Positions 1 through 10,368 of a DNA stretch of 64,000 nucleotides are shown here, piece by piece. How positions within the stretch are numbered: position 1 is the stretch's first letter; each line of letters begins with the position of its first letter. Location: assembly GCA_002170245.2 (NCBI GenBank), contig NHFN02000013.1, positions 698 through 64,697 on the forward strand, written 5' to 3'. The notes under the pieces are model-generated. The model made no database searches. It was not told the origin of the DNA and was given only the letters and a program-made list of their open reading frames with translations. The DNA is from Gammaproteobacteria bacterium TMED112 (GTDB lineage: Bacteria > Pseudomonadota > Gammaproteobacteria > Magnimaribacterales > TMED112). A program made the position numbers and the translations under genes.

Positions 1-2
1 CA

Positions 3-830
3 TCTCTAATCGTAGGTATCATTTATAGTTTCTTATCAAGATCTAACCTACATGAAGCACTCAAAAAATTATGGTTGGGTGTAGGAGCATCAGTTATAGC
101 TAGCATCTTTGTGGCTATCTTGGTTGTATACTTAAAATCTACAGTAGGTGATACTCGTTATGAAAAGCTATTTGAGTCATTATTTATGTATGCTGCTGCT
201 GGATTAATTTGGTATGTAGTTTTTTGGCTGTCGAAACATGTATCTGATCGTAAAGACCTAGAATCAAAAACAGAAACAGCACTAAAAATGTCGTCATGGG
301 GTGTCTTTTGGGTAGTTTTCTTTTCAATTTTAAGAGAAGGTTTTGAAACGGTAATTATGCTTCTTGCGCAGGATAGGGGAGATGGGTTTTCTTACATTGG
401 CTTCATAGCTGGTGCAACTTTAGCTATTGGGATTGGTTACTTAATTGTTATAGGTGGAAAAAGAATAAATCTCAGACCATTTTTTAAAGGGACAACACTA
501 CTACTGGTTTTCCTAGCGTCAGGCATGATTGCATATGGTACTCATGAAGGAGAGGAATATTTAGAAAAATCAGGATTCATACAAAAGAATGAGATAGCTA
601 GACCTTGGGATATTTTGAAACCGACTGATACAAAACCTGAGAATGGTATTTTATACAAATACGATGAGGCAAAAGATCTTTATTATCATCCCTTCTACGA
701 CAAAGGTTACATAGGTGAATTCGCCAAAGGTTTCTTTGGATACAATTCAAATCCAAACTACGTTGAGCTAATATTTTGGCTGCTGTCGCTAATATTTGGT
801 ATAAGAATGTGGCGCAGGTTCTACGCATAA
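3..830 (+). CDS. FTR1/EfeU-family high-affinity iron permease, 5' end cut by the window edge
   Basis: The frame is open from nt 3, with no stop before the TTG at 75. The protein is multi-TM and hydrophobic and carries an REGFE (RExxE) permease motif. Confidence 0.75.
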   Translation, partial: SLIVGIIYSFLSRSNLHEALKKLWLGVGASVIASIFVAILVVYLKSTVGDTRYEKLFESLFMYAAAGLIWYVVFWLSKHVSDRKDLESKTETALKMSSWGVFWVVFFSILREGFETVIMLLAQDRGDGFSYIGFIAGATLAIGIGYLIVIGGKRINLRPFFKGTTLLLVFLASGMIAYGTHEGEEYLEKSGFIQKNEIARPWDILKPTDTKPENGILYKYDEAKDLYYHPFYDKGYIGEFAKGFFGYNSNPNYVELIFWLLSLIFGIRMWRRFYA

Positions 831-857
831 AGAAAAAATCCTTATAAAATTTAAGAT

Positions 858-1811
858 ATGCAATTTTTTAAACGTTTAATAATAATTATTTTATTACTGC
901 CATCATTAGAAGCCAATGAAGGTTACGTTGATAATAATGGAGTTGAAATTTTTTATGTTGACTATGGGCCTACTAGTAATGAGCCAATTCTATTAGTACA
1001 GGGTTTAGGGGGTCAATTAACTTTTTGGCCTGACGAGCTCATTACAGTCCTACAGGATAATGGTTATAGACCTATTGTCTATGATAATAGAGATGTAGGG
1101 CTCTCTGAGGATTTTAAAGACTATGGTAAACCAAATTTTATCTGGAATTACATTAAATTTTATTTAGGATTACCATTGAGATCAGCTTATACATTAGCCG
1201 ACATGGGCAGCGATGGTATAGCTATTCTCGATCATTTGAATATTAAAAAAACGCATATACTCGCTCAATCTATGGGAGGGATGATAAGTCAAAGAATGGT
1301 CGCCGATAACAAAAATAGATTTAAATCGTATGTATTAATTGCATCTATGGCTAGAACACCAGACCTCCAAACTGCTCCAAGAGGAGAATTGAGAAAGTTA
1401 ATTGAAGATAGATCTTTTGGGAATCAGACTTTGGATGGAGAAGTTGAACGATCAATTAAAATTTTTAAAATTCTTGCTAGCCCAAATACTGAAATAGACG
1501 AAGAAAAGTTTGAAAAAGAAGTAATTAAAAACTTTAACAGAAGCTCAAATACTGAAGGATTTTCAAGACAATTAATTGCTATCCTAGCTGATAAAGATAG
1601 ATACGATGAAGTGAAGACTATTACTGTACCAACGCTAGTAATTCATGGAAAATTAGACCCATTAATACCTTATGAAGAGGGAAAGAAAACTGCAGAACTA
1701 ATTCCTAATAGTGAATTTCTCGGTGTAGATTTCATGTCTCATCTTATTGATAAGCCAGTACTTGACTACATTGAACCTCCAATGGTTAAATTTTTAGATA
1801 AAAATAGTTAA
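858..1811 (+). CDS. secreted alpha/beta-fold hydrolase
   Basis: N-terminal signal peptide. QGLGG oxyanion-type motif and AQSMGG nucleophile elbow (GxSxG-like). Length is typical for the fold. Confidence 0.75.
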   Translation: MQFFKRLIIIILLLPSLEANEGYVDNNGVEIFYVDYGPTSNEPILLVQGLGGQLTFWPDELITVLQDNGYRPIVYDNRDVGLSEDFKDYGKPNFIWNYIKFYLGLPLRSAYTLADMGSDGIAILDHLNIKKTHILAQSMGGMISQRMVADNKNRFKSYVLIASMARTPDLQTAPRGELRKLIEDRSFGNQTLDGEVERSIKIFKILASPNTEIDEEKFEKEVIKNFNRSSNTEGFSRQLIAILADKDRYDEVKTITVPTLVIHGKLDPLIPYEEGKKTAELIPNSEFLGVDFMSHLIDKPVLDYIEPPMVKFLDKNS

Positions 1812-2650
1812 TTAAGCACTGAATAAGAACCAATTATTCGGAGTTCTTCAGACATCTCTTCAAGTATTTCAAGTAATTTTACTACTACTTCATCTTCGTA
1901 ATAGCCTTCAAAATCAATAAAGAAAGTATGTAGATAGTCGTTATTTCTGGAAGGTCTTGTTTCTATTCTTGTCATGTTAATATTGAGCTCAGTAAACGGT
2001 TGCAGAATAGACATCAATGAACCTGGTTTATCTGCAATATTTACCATCACAGAGGTTTTATTTTGATCACATTTTTCTTCTATACTTTTACCAATTACTA
2101 AAAATCTTGTTTTATTATCATTGCTGTCCTGTATATTTTCTAAATGAGTGTTTAGGTTAAATATCTCTATAGCATATGAATTAGCTATACAGAAAAGATC
2201 TTTGTCTTCTGCTGCGTGAGAAGCTGCCTCTGCAGTGCTTGTAGCAACTATTTTTTCAGCACTTGGAATATTTTCTCTTAACCAGTTGTTGCACTGCCCA
2301 AAAACTTGAGGGTGTGAGGTAATTTTTTTGATGGCATTTAAATCAAAATCTTTATTTATTGAACATAGATTGTGGCTTACTGAAAAGTTAAATTCTTTAA
2401 GAATTTTTAAATCGTAATCAATAAGACAATTTAACGACGAATTAATTACCCCTTGATAAGAATTTTCAAAAGGAATAACACCATAGTAAGAATGGCTCAT
2501 TGCTACTTTTTCAAAAATGTCTTCTATTGAGGGTAGGGGAACAAATTCAGTATTTGCTTTAAAGATATTCCTTGCAGCCAAATCAGAGTTTGTGCCTTCA
2601 GGTCCAAGAAAGAAAATTTTCATCTGAGAATTGTAAGGTTTTTTAGACAT
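1808..2650 (-). CDS. pheA: prephenate dehydratase (PDT plus ACT domain, no chorismate mutase domain)
   Basis: FLGPEGTNS N-terminus, TRFLVIG motif and a C-terminal ACT region with IETRPSR (ESRP-type motif). The real start may be the internal Met at 2623 (MKIFFLGPEGT). Confidence 0.85.
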   Translation of the reverse strand: MSKKPYNSQMKIFFLGPEGTNSDLAARNIFKANTEFVPLPSIEDIFEKVAMSHSYYGVIPFENSYQGVINSSLNCLIDYDLKILKEFNFSVSHNLCSINKDFDLNAIKKITSHPQVFGQCNNWLRENIPSAEKIVATSTAEAASHAAEDKDLFCIANSYAIEIFNLNTHLENIQDSNDNKTRFLVIGKSIEEKCDQNKTSVMVNIADKPGSLMSILQPFTELNINMTRIETRPSRNNDYLHTFFIDFEGYYEDEVVVKLLEILEEMSEELRIIGSYSVLN

Positions 2651-2680
2651 AAAAAAAACTGAGCAAGCTCAGTTTTTTTA
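2651..2680 (-). terminator. intrinsic terminator hairpin flanked by an A-run and a T-run, so symmetric on both strands
   Basis: Sequence is aaaaaaaa-CTGAG-caag-CTCAG-ttttttt. On the minus strand the U-tract ends directly at the pheA ATG (2650). Confidence 0.65.
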
Positions 2681-2684
2681 AAAT

Positions 2685-2880
2685 CGAGATCTGTGGGTGT
2701 CAAAAGTGAGATTACCTCTTGCATCCTTGAGTAAGATCTCTTTTACTCTCGGTGGTCAAGTTTGCTTTTCTGCATGCTAAGCTCTCTTGAACTTTCACCC
2801 TTCAGGTCTCTTCCTGAGTAACGTTTCCTTTCTTTGGTTCTGCAGTTCCCTTCCAGTTCTCGTTACCGCTAGGTAAGTAC
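2685..2880 (-). ncRNA. unclassified structured RNA, either a cis-regulatory leader of pheA or an independent sRNA
   Basis: No ORF of 60 aa or more. Visibly higher G+C than the flanks. Nested complementary segments (see finding). It is followed on the minus strand by the terminator at 2651-2680. Strand is inferred from the terminator and gene context. Confidence 0.4.
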
Positions 2881-3106
2881 TAATTTATAATGTGTTAATT
2901 ACTAAAGCAAGACTTTGGTATAAAAAAATAGTACTTTTTTTTTAGGTTTTTTAGAAGTCTTTAAAAATCATGCTTTAAGAGGATAAAAAAATATAAATTA
3001 TTTATTTATTAAGCAATTAAAAAAATTATATTGTTCAAAAATTGAACATACTGTATAAAATATATACACATATATATTAATTGTATTAAGTTATAATATG
3101 TAAATC

Positions 3107-3898
3107 ATGAAAACTACATTAATTACAGGCCCAACTGCAGGAATTGGTAAATCGATAGCTTATCAATTAGCGGAAAGAGGTGAAAATTTATTATTGGTTG
3201 CGCGAAGAGCAGATAGATTAAAAACTATCTCGGATGATATACAAACAAAATTTAACGTTAAAGTTAATTACAAAGTTGCAGATTTAACATTGCAACAAGC
3301 TCCCAAAGAAATCTACGCATACTGTAAAAATCAGGGGTTGGATATATCTACACTAATCTTAAATGCTGGTTACCAAATTAACACTAGACTTGATGAAGCG
3401 TCTTTGGAAGAAGAAGAGGCTTGCTTAAGAGTTCTAGGCTTATCGGTAATTATGCAGACAAAACTTCATCTCAAGGACATGGTTAAAAGGGGAGGGGGAA
3501 ATATTATGGTGGTTTCATCGATTGCTGCTTTTGCCCCGACTTCAAATGAATTTGCAGTACTTTATGGCCCAGTTAAAACTTTTATGAACAGATTTGTAGA
3601 GGCAATCAATAGTGCTTACAACAAAGACAAAATTTATGCTACCTCCGTTTGTCCTGGTTTTACCAATACTGAATTTCATGAAATGAGCGGTACACAAGAT
3701 CGTATGGATAAAGTGCCTCCTTTCATGAAAATGAGTTCAGATGCTGTAGCAAAAGAAGGTATTATTGGAATGGATAATAAAAAAGAAATTGTGATTACAG
3801 GTGCACTGAATAGGTTTTTAATGAATCTTTTGAGGTTTTTCCCTAGACCATTGATTAAGATAATTGGAAATTCATTAGCAGGTGGAAGATATAAATAG
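3107..3898 (+). CDS. short-chain dehydrogenase/reductase (SDR) family oxidoreductase
   Basis: TGPTAGIGKS cofactor motif, NAG, and YGPVK (YxxxK) catalytic motif. Confidence 0.85.
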   Translation: MKTTLITGPTAGIGKSIAYQLAERGENLLLVARRADRLKTISDDIQTKFNVKVNYKVADLTLQQAPKEIYAYCKNQGLDISTLILNAGYQINTRLDEASLEEEEACLRVLGLSVIMQTKLHLKDMVKRGGGNIMVVSSIAAFAPTSNEFAVLYGPVKTFMNRFVEAINSAYNKDKIYATSVCPGFTNTEFHEMSGTQDRMDKVPPFMKMSSDAVAKEGIIGMDNKKEIVITGALNRFLMNLLRFFPRPLIKIIGNSLAGGRYK

Positions 3899-4991
3899 AC
3901 TTTGTATTCTAATCGTATTTTTAATTGTAGGTTGTGCTGAGCAAAGTCCAGAGGATATAGCACAACGCTCCTTAATAGTAGATTCACATATAGACACTCC
4001 CTACAGGATAAAAGCACAATTAGATAGTACTGGTACGTACGAAGACATTGCTTCTAGCACGAGTTATGATTTTGATTACCTTAGAGCTTTATCTGGCGGT
4101 TTAAATGTCCCATTTTTTTCTATTTATTTGCCAGCATATTCAGAAGACAATGGCACAAGTTTTGAATTAGCAAATGAACTAATCGATCTTATGAATTCAA
4201 TTATTGATGCAAATCCTGATAAATTTTTTTTGGTTGATACATCAACTTACCTGGGAAATCTGCCTGGTCAAAATTTAGTAGGCATCGCTTATGGTATGGA
4301 AAATGGTGCAGCACTTGAAGGTGAGTTAGATAATGTTAAATATTTTTATAAAAGAGGTATTAGATACATCACTCTCACACACGCCAAAACTAATCATATT
4401 TCAGACTCTTCTTATGATCTGAATAAACAATGGGGGGGTCTAAGTGACTTTGGGAAAAAGCTCATTCCAGAAATGAACAAAGTAGGAGTTATAGTTGATA
4501 TTTCTCATGTTTCAGATGCTGCTTTTTTTCAAGCGGTAAACATCTCTAAGACTCCAGTTATTGCTAGTCATTCGTCTCTTAGACATTTCACACCCAATTG
4601 GGAAAGAAATGTTTCAGATTCAATGGTAAAAGCACTTGCGGAAAAAGGTGGCATATTGCAAATAAATTTCGGCACTAATTTTTTAACAAATGTAAACGAT
4701 AAGTCTAAGGCATACGATCCATCTACATACATACATGCCGACATTACAGACGTAGTGGATCACATAGATAGAGTAGTAGAGTTAGTAGGAATAGATTACG
4801 TTGGCATTGGCTCAGATTATGATGGAGTAGGCGATACATTACCGAATGGCTTAAAAGACGTAGCTTCTTACCCAAATCTTATTGCAGAGATGCAAAAACG
4901 TGGCTACTCTACTAATGACATTCAAAAAATACTAGGTGGAAATTTTGTTCGAGTGTGGAGAGAAGTAGAAGAATATGCAAGAAACAACTAA
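3882..4991 (+). CDS. membrane dipeptidase (peptidase M19 family), lipoprotein
   Basis: Lipobox LIVGC. DSHIDTP, ITLTH and DISHVSD motifs are typical of renal-type dipeptidases. Confidence 0.8.
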   Translation: MEDINRLCILIVFLIVGCAEQSPEDIAQRSLIVDSHIDTPYRIKAQLDSTGTYEDIASSTSYDFDYLRALSGGLNVPFFSIYLPAYSEDNGTSFELANELIDLMNSIIDANPDKFFLVDTSTYLGNLPGQNLVGIAYGMENGAALEGELDNVKYFYKRGIRYITLTHAKTNHISDSSYDLNKQWGGLSDFGKKLIPEMNKVGVIVDISHVSDAAFFQAVNISKTPVIASHSSLRHFTPNWERNVSDSMVKALAEKGGILQINFGTNFLTNVNDKSKAYDPSTYIHADITDVVDHIDRVVELVGIDYVGIGSDYDGVGDTLPNGLKDVASYPNLIAEMQKRGYSTNDIQKILGGNFVRVWREVEEYARNN

Positions 4992-5376
4992 CCCTTTAAA
5001 TATCTGGCACAGAACTGTTTTAGATAACGATCCGTCAGATCTTTACGATATTCTTGACGATTCATTCAAATTTTATTCCCCAGCAGTTTTTAAAAGCAAA
5101 GAAAAATATATGGGATACATTTACTTGTTAGCAGCTGGTCAATCATTCTTAACAAGTGATTTTAGGTATACAAGACAGCTCGTTGATGACCATCAAGCAG
5201 TTTTAGAGTTCGAATGTACAATGGATGGTGTAACCGTAAATGGAATCGACATGTTTAAATGGAATGAAAATAATAAACTTATAGAAATGAAAGTGATGAT
5301 CAGAACTGAAAAGGCTCTTGAGGCTGTAAAACAAGAGATGACTAAACATTTATCAAACCCAGAAGTTTGGCGTTGA
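4975..5376 (+). CDS. SnoaL-like / NTF2-fold protein
   Basis: About 130 aa. The sequence pattern resembles small NTF2-like proteins. No catalytic motif could be assigned. Confidence 0.45.
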   Translation: MQETTNPLNIWHRTVLDNDPSDLYDILDDSFKFYSPAVFKSKEKYMGYIYLLAAGQSFLTSDFRYTRQLVDDHQAVLEFECTMDGVTVNGIDMFKWNENNKLIEMKVMIRTEKALEAVKQEMTKHLSNPEVWR

Positions 5377-5409
5377 TTTCAGTTAAAACATCTATAGAAT
5401 AAACTACTC

Positions 5410-5841
5410 ATGGCAAAAAAATATGTGAATTTCAGAGTTGGTGGTGTTCCTGAAAAAAAGGAGGACAACTACACTGTCTGGACTAATGATCTTCTCAGCA
5501 AACTAATTGCTAGTAAGACTGTGATTGAACCAAGCAAATCTACCTTTGGCCACAGACTTTTGGAAAGTGAAGTAATTTTTGTTGTTGTTTCAGGTCGAGG
5601 TATTATGGAAGTAGTTGAATATGCCAACACTTCTGATGGCCATGGACATGATCCTTCTCATGGAATAATGCATAAAGACGAATATGCCTTGTCTGCAGGT
5701 GATGTGATTCTTGCTGAAGAGGGCGACTATGTGAAAGTCGCTAATGAGAGCGATCATGATCAATTAGTCTATCTAAGAATATTTGATAAAGCTGGTTGGC
5801 GAGGCAGATCACCAGAGCTAGAAAAAGACCCGCAAGCCTAA
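5410..5841 (+). CDS. cupin-domain protein
   Basis: A beta-rich core of about 140 aa with a GHRLLESEVIFVVVSGRG segment and a His-rich loop. Weak assignment. Confidence 0.4.
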   Translation: MAKKYVNFRVGGVPEKKEDNYTVWTNDLLSKLIASKTVIEPSKSTFGHRLLESEVIFVVVSGRGIMEVVEYANTSDGHGHDPSHGIMHKDEYALSAGDVILAEEGDYVKVANESDHDQLVYLRIFDKAGWRGRSPELEKDPQA

Positions 5842-5847
5842 TCCATT

Positions 5848-6432
5848 ATGAAAATTAAAGTATGCGGGATAACCCGAGAGGAAGATATTGTAAAACTATT
5901 AGAACTAAAGATAGATTTTATTGGTTTTAATTTACTCAAAGAAAGTAAAAGAAAAGTAAATATAGCTTGGGCTCTTGATATGACAAAGAAGTATCAGCTA
6001 GAGAACAAATCTGTATTTCTTGTTGATTGTGAAGAATCAGAATTTAATCAATTGAAGAATATAAGTTCACTAAGTCTTCAAATTTATAATTTCCACGAAG
6101 TTCCAAATGTCTCAAATATGCTTTTTATTCCAGTTAATGCAACATTTCTGAAACAATTAGAAAAATCTCATTTTCCAATGAAAGAAAACCATAGATACTT
6201 GATCGACAATATGGAAGGCGCTCTTGGAGGAACAGGAGAAAAGTTTGATTGGAGTGATTTACACAAGTTTGATTTATCAGAAATTATGTTAGCTGGTGGT
6301 ATTGGACCAGAAGATATAAATTTTTTACAGGATTTAAATGTTTGGGGAATTGATATTAATTCAAAATTTGAAATTAAAACAGGCATTAAAAACCATAAAT
6401 TACTAGAAAGCTTAAGGAACTATAATGAATAA
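5848..6432 (+). CDS. trpF: phosphoribosylanthranilate isomerase
   Basis: [10 protein letters not shown]-terminus and a C-terminal LAGGI motif. It overlaps the trpB start. Confidence 0.8.
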   Translation: MKIKVCGITREEDIVKLLELKIDFIGFNLLKESKRKVNIAWALDMTKKYQLENKSVFLVDCEESEFNQLKNISSLSLQIYNFHEVPNVSNMLFIPVNATFLKQLEKSHFPMKENHRYLIDNMEGALGGTGEKFDWSDLHKFDLSEIMLAGGIGPEDINFLQDLNVWGIDINSKFEIKTGIKNHKLLESLRNYNE

Positions 6433-7588
6433 GGGATATTTTGGAGATTATGGAGGGTTATTCATACCTGAAACATTATCCCATGCGCTTAACGAACTTG
6501 AAAAGCTTTATGTAGACATCAAGGATGATAAAGATTTTAATTCAAAATTAACTGAGATCTATAAAGACTATGTAGGCAGACCATCACCCTTATATTTTGC
6601 AGAATCTCTAACTAATCAGCTCAAAGGTCCAAAAATATGGTTTAAAAGAGAAGACTTAAACCACACGGGGGCCCACAAAATTAATAATACCGTAGGTCAA
6701 GCTTTGTTAGCTAAGATGCTCGGGAAAAAAAGAATTATAGCTGAAACTGGTGCAGGACAACATGGTGTCGCAACAGCTACTATCTGTGCAAAATTAGGGC
6801 TTGAATGTATTGTCTATATGGGGGCTAAAGATATTGAAAGGCAAGAATTAAATGTATTTAAAATCGAAACCTTGGGTGCTTCTATTGTGCCTGTACTAAG
6901 TGGTACAGCAACCCTCAAAGACGCTCTTAATGAAGCCATTAGGGATTGGGTCACTAATGTTGATTCCAGTCATTACATAATAGGAAGTGTTACGGGACCA
7001 CATCCCTATCCGACAATAGTACGAGATTTTAATGCTATCAGCGGTAGAGAACTAAAAGAGCAATCTCTTGATAAGTTTCACGCATTACCTGACATGATAA
7101 TTGCCTGTGTCGGGGGTGGCTCAAATGCAATGGGAGTCTTTTATCCATTCATAGAAGATGAAACAGTTGAATTAATTGGAGTAGAAGCAGGAGGTAAAGA
7201 TAGCAGTGATGTTGGTGGCGCATCAATTACAGACGGATCAACAGGAGTGCTTCATGGAGCTAAAACCAAAATACTACAGTCAAAGTCAGGTAATATTCTC
7301 GAAACCAACTCCATATCAGCGGGATTAGACTATCCTGGAGTTGGGCCAGAACATGCCTATCTTGCAGACCTTAAAAGAGCTAAATATGTCAAAATTTTTG
7401 ATGATGAAGCGCTAGAAGCCTTTTATGAAATCTCAAAAATAGAGGGCATAATACCAGCTCTAGAAACTGCTCATGCTTTAGCTTACCTTAAGAAAATAAC
7501 TACCCTTGATACGAATAAAAACGTTGTTGTAAATATGTCAGGTAGAGGCGATAAAGATCTATATTCCGTGATGCAAAATGCAAAATAG
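6425..7588 (+). CDS. trpB: tryptophan synthase beta chain
   Basis: [12 protein letters not shown]-lysine motif, GGGSNAMG, and SGRGDKD near the C-terminus. Confidence 0.95.
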   Translation: MNKGYFGDYGGLFIPETLSHALNELEKLYVDIKDDKDFNSKLTEIYKDYVGRPSPLYFAESLTNQLKGPKIWFKREDLNHTGAHKINNTVGQALLAKMLGKKRIIAETGAGQHGVATATICAKLGLECIVYMGAKDIERQELNVFKIETLGASIVPVLSGTATLKDALNEAIRDWVTNVDSSHYIIGSVTGPHPYPTIVRDFNAISGRELKEQSLDKFHALPDMIIACVGGGSNAMGVFYPFIEDETVELIGVEAGGKDSSDVGGASITDGSTGVLHGAKTKILQSKSGNILETNSISAGLDYPGVGPEHAYLADLKRAKYVKIFDDEALEAFYEISKIEGIIPALETAHALAYLKKITTLDTNKNVVVNMSGRGDKDLYSVMQNAK

Positions 7589-8351
7589 TAATTTATTGAC
7601 AGTCAACAAAAATAAAACAGCTTTTATACCATATCTTGTTGCTGGACATACATCGAATGAAGTATTTTCAGCAGCACTAAAACTGCTGAATGATGTCGGA
7701 GCAGACCTCATCGAGATAGGCATTCCGTTTACGGACCCAATCGCTGAAGGAAAAATAATAGAAAGTGCCCATCACCATGCCTTAAAAAATAATTTTGTTT
7801 TAAGTGAAGTATGTAAAATTGTAAAAGAATTTAGAACATATTCAGATACGCCAGTAATCGCGATGGGTTACACCAATTCGTTCATAAACCCGTCCTCAGA
7901 ATATATTGCAACTAAACTTTCAGAAAGTGGTTTTAGTGGTGTTTTAATTGTTGATTTGCCTGCAAGTGAAAAATCTATCATTAACTCATTTACAGAAAAG
8001 AAGCTTAATCTTGTGCAACTGATTGCACCTACCACCCAGCTAAACCTAATAGAAAGCTTTTTAGAAAATGATCCTGCTTTAATTTATTACATTACTCAAA
8101 GGGGCATAACTGGATCAACTAATTTAGATCTAGCAGAAATATCTGAAAAACTTAGTTCAATAAAAAAATTAAGTAATAAACCGGTAGTTACTGGTTTTGG
8201 TATTAAGACAGTCGAAGACGTTAAAAATCTGAAAAACCTAACTGATGGTATTGTCATAGGTAGTCCAATTGTCGAAAAAATTAATTTGGACTCTTCGTTA
8301 AATGCTTTAAAGGAATATCTAAAACCAATTGTTAAGGCGATAAAAGAATGA
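7578..8351 (+). CDS. trpA: tryptophan synthase alpha chain
   Basis: IPYLVAG, an ELGIPFSDP-like [14 protein letters not shown] segment and GFGI motifs. Position is directly after trpB. Confidence 0.9.
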   Translation: MQNSNLLTVNKNKTAFIPYLVAGHTSNEVFSAALKLLNDVGADLIEIGIPFTDPIAEGKIIESAHHHALKNNFVLSEVCKIVKEFRTYSDTPVIAMGYTNSFINPSSEYIATKLSESGFSGVLIVDLPASEKSIINSFTEKKLNLVQLIAPTTQLNLIESFLENDPALIYYITQRGITGSTNLDLAEISEKLSSIKKLSNKPVVTGFGIKTVEDVKNLKNLTDGIVIGSPIVEKINLDSSLNALKEYLKPIVKAIKE

Positions 8352-9790
8352 ATAAAGAACGATTTATAGAATTATGTAATTCCTCATTCTCACACATTCC
8401 CGTATATGAAGAATTTGTTGCAGACCTTATCAGTCCTTTATATATATTTTCCAATTTTTACGATCAATCAAATTGTTTCCTATTTGAGTCAGCAAAAAGT
8501 CATGAAGTTAAAGGGCGTTATTCCATAATGACACTTCCTTCGTCGCTCAGATATGATTTTTTTGATAGTGAATTGCAAATAAAAGATAAAAAAGTAGTAA
8601 CAAAAGAGCGAGTGCCAAACCCCTATGATTATATCGATAAATTAACCAAAAAATTCTCATCTCCAGATTTAGATAATTTACCGGTCTTCACAGGTGGATT
8701 AATAGGCTATTTTAGTTATGAATCGTTTAAATACGTTGAACCAAAACTTAATTATAAATCTTCAGATATACCATTAATTAGTTTGTGTGAATGTAATGAA
8801 TTAATTGTTTTTGATAATTTTAAAGGGACATTTTCTATCATTGTTAATACGCAAAATAAGACACTTGACGGTTACGAGTTAGCAAAGAAAAGAATTACCG
8901 AAATAAGAAATTTATTATTTTCATTACAGCCTTCAATCAAACATAACATAGTTAAGGAAGATATAGAGATTATCAGTAAATCTAATGTGTCATATGAAGT
9001 TTATGAGAAACAGGTTAATTCTATAAAAAATCTTATACATGAGGGTGAGATTATGCAGGCAGTCTTATCCAAAGAAGTAACATTTGAGGGTAAATACGAT
9101 CCTCTAACACTTTATAGAGCCTTGAGACAGATAAATCCATCACCTTACATGTTTTATATGAGTTTCGATGAATTTAACGTAATAGGAGCATCGCCTGAAA
9201 TATTGGTACAACATCAAAACGATAAAGTAATAATTAGACCCATAGCAGGAACTCGAAAAAGGGGTCTTACTGAGTCTGAAGATTTAACTAATAAAATTGA
9301 TTTGTTAGAGGATGAAAAAGAGAAAGCAGAGCATATGATGCTAGTAGATTTAGCCAGAAATGATCTATCAAAAGTTTCTGAAGTTGGAACAGTACAAGTC
9401 GATGAAATGATGGTGATAGAGAAATACTCTCATGTTATGCATATGACTTCTAATGTAATTGGTCAGAAAAAGAATGATGCAACTCCAATAGATTGCTTGA
9501 AGGCAGCACTACCTGCTGGCACATTGAGTGGAACACCAAAAATAAGAGCTATGGAGATATTATCTGAACATGAGAATAGGGTCAGAGGTATCTATGGTGG
9601 TTCAGTGGGGTATATCGGCTTTAATGGCAACTTGGATACTGCCATAGTAATCCGTACTGCAATTCATACTGAAGAATCAGTGAAAGTAGGTGTGGGTGGA
9701 GGCATAGTATTTGATTCAACACCTAAAAATGAATGGCAAGAAACTGAATCAAAATTAGCTGTTTTTAGGGAGGCATTGAAGTACAAATGA
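8348..9790 (+). CDS. trpE: anthranilate synthase component I
   Basis: Chorismate-binding core with GASPE, IAGTRKRG, HMMLVDLARND and GGIVFDS motifs. Confidence 0.9.
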   Translation: MNKERFIELCNSSFSHIPVYEEFVADLISPLYIFSNFYDQSNCFLFESAKSHEVKGRYSIMTLPSSLRYDFFDSELQIKDKKVVTKERVPNPYDYIDKLTKKFSSPDLDNLPVFTGGLIGYFSYESFKYVEPKLNYKSSDIPLISLCECNELIVFDNFKGTFSIIVNTQNKTLDGYELAKKRITEIRNLLFSLQPSIKHNIVKEDIEIISKSNVSYEVYEKQVNSIKNLIHEGEIMQAVLSKEVTFEGKYDPLTLYRALRQINPSPYMFYMSFDEFNVIGASPEILVQHQNDKVIIRPIAGTRKRGLTESEDLTNKIDLLEDEKEKAEHMMLVDLARNDLSKVSEVGTVQVDEMMVIEKYSHVMHMTSNVIGQKKNDATPIDCLKAALPAGTLSGTPKIRAMEILSEHENRVRGIYGGSVGYIGFNGNLDTAIVIRTAIHTEESVKVGVGGGIVFDSTPKNEWQETESKLAVFREALKYK

Positions 9791-10368
9791 AAATATGTCT
9801 AATAGATAATTACGATTCATTTACTTTTAATTTAGAACATCAGCTAGCTTCTTTTGATATTGAAGTCCATGTCATAAGAAATGATGAAATTTCTATTCAG
9901 GAGCTCAAAGATATTAATTATGATGCTTTTGTATTAGGCCCTGGACCATCAAACCCTAAAAACGCCGGTATATGTCTAGAGCTGATAAAGCAATTTTACA
10001 TTACAAAACCTATATTAGGTGTGTGTTTGGGTCATCAATGTATTGGCGAAGCATTTGGAGCCAATATCATTAAATGTGAACTTATCAAACACGGCAAGAC
10101 CTCCCAAATTAATCACGATGGCTCATCAATTTTTCATAATGTAAAGAACCCTTACCATGTCATGCGCTATCATAGCTTGGTTATTGAAAAAGAAACTTTA
10201 GATAAAGATTTTGTTATCAACGCTTGGATCACTAATAAAGATGAGGATTCTATTATGGGTATTAAGCACAAAAAATATAACCTTAATGGAATTCAATTTC
10301 ATACTGAGTCGATATTTACAGATCAAGGATCAAAATTAATCTCAAACTTTTTGACATCAATAAAATGA
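9787..10368 (+). CDS. trpG: anthranilate synthase component II (glutamine amidotransferase)
   Basis: LIDNYDSFTFNL, GVCLGHQ catalytic Cys, and GIQFHTES. Confidence 0.9.
   Translation: MKICLIDNYDSFTFNLEHQLASFDIEVHVIRNDEISIQELKDINYDAFVLGPGPSNPKNAGICLELIKQFYITKPILGVCLGHQCIGEAFGANIIKCELIKHGKTSQINHDGSSIFHNVKNPYHVMRYHSLVIEKETLDKDFVINAWITNKDEDSIMGIKHKKYNLNGIQFHTESIFTDQGSKLISNFLTSIK

Noticed and set aside
2685-2880. Known riboswitch classes: glycine (CUGGAAGGGAAC / ACCAAAGAAAGGAAAC / CUCAGGAAGAGAC look vaguely like GGAGAG / CACCGAAGGGGCAA / CUCAGGCAAAAGGAC), cobalamin, TPP, glutamine and SRP RNA.
   Set aside because: - The resemblances are only short and degenerate.
- The required helices between the motifs could not be drawn.
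- The genomic context (pheA) does not fit these ligands.
2685-2971. RNase P RNA (rnpB) as the identity of the structured RNA. The minus strand contains AAGGGUGAAAG followed by AAGAGAGC, which resembles the GUAAGGGUGAAAGGGUG...GUAAGAGCGC region of bacterial RNase P RNA. It also contains CACAGAUCUCGAUUUUA, which faintly resembles ACAGAACCCGGCUUA.
   Set aside because: - There is no GGAAAGUCC-type CR-I element that can pair with the putative P4 3' strand.
- Invariant positions of the 3' conserved region do not match.
- The GC-rich block is only about 200 nt, against more than 300 nt for RNase P RNA.
- Only cmscan can settle this, so it stays flagged as unclassified.
2951-2971. Mini-ORF MIFKDF on the minus strand as a pheL-like leader peptide.
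   Set aside because: - It has only 6 codons, with two Phe.
- It lies about 290 nt upstream of the terminator.
- TTT/TTC-rich short frames are expected by chance in such AT-rich DNA.
- It is mentioned only as something to test.
5410-5841. The cupin as 3-hydroxyanthranilate dioxygenase, which would link it to the IDO/kynurenine pathway.
   Set aside because: The sequence around the putative metal ligands does not resemble the HAAO signature. Only a generic cupin call is justified.
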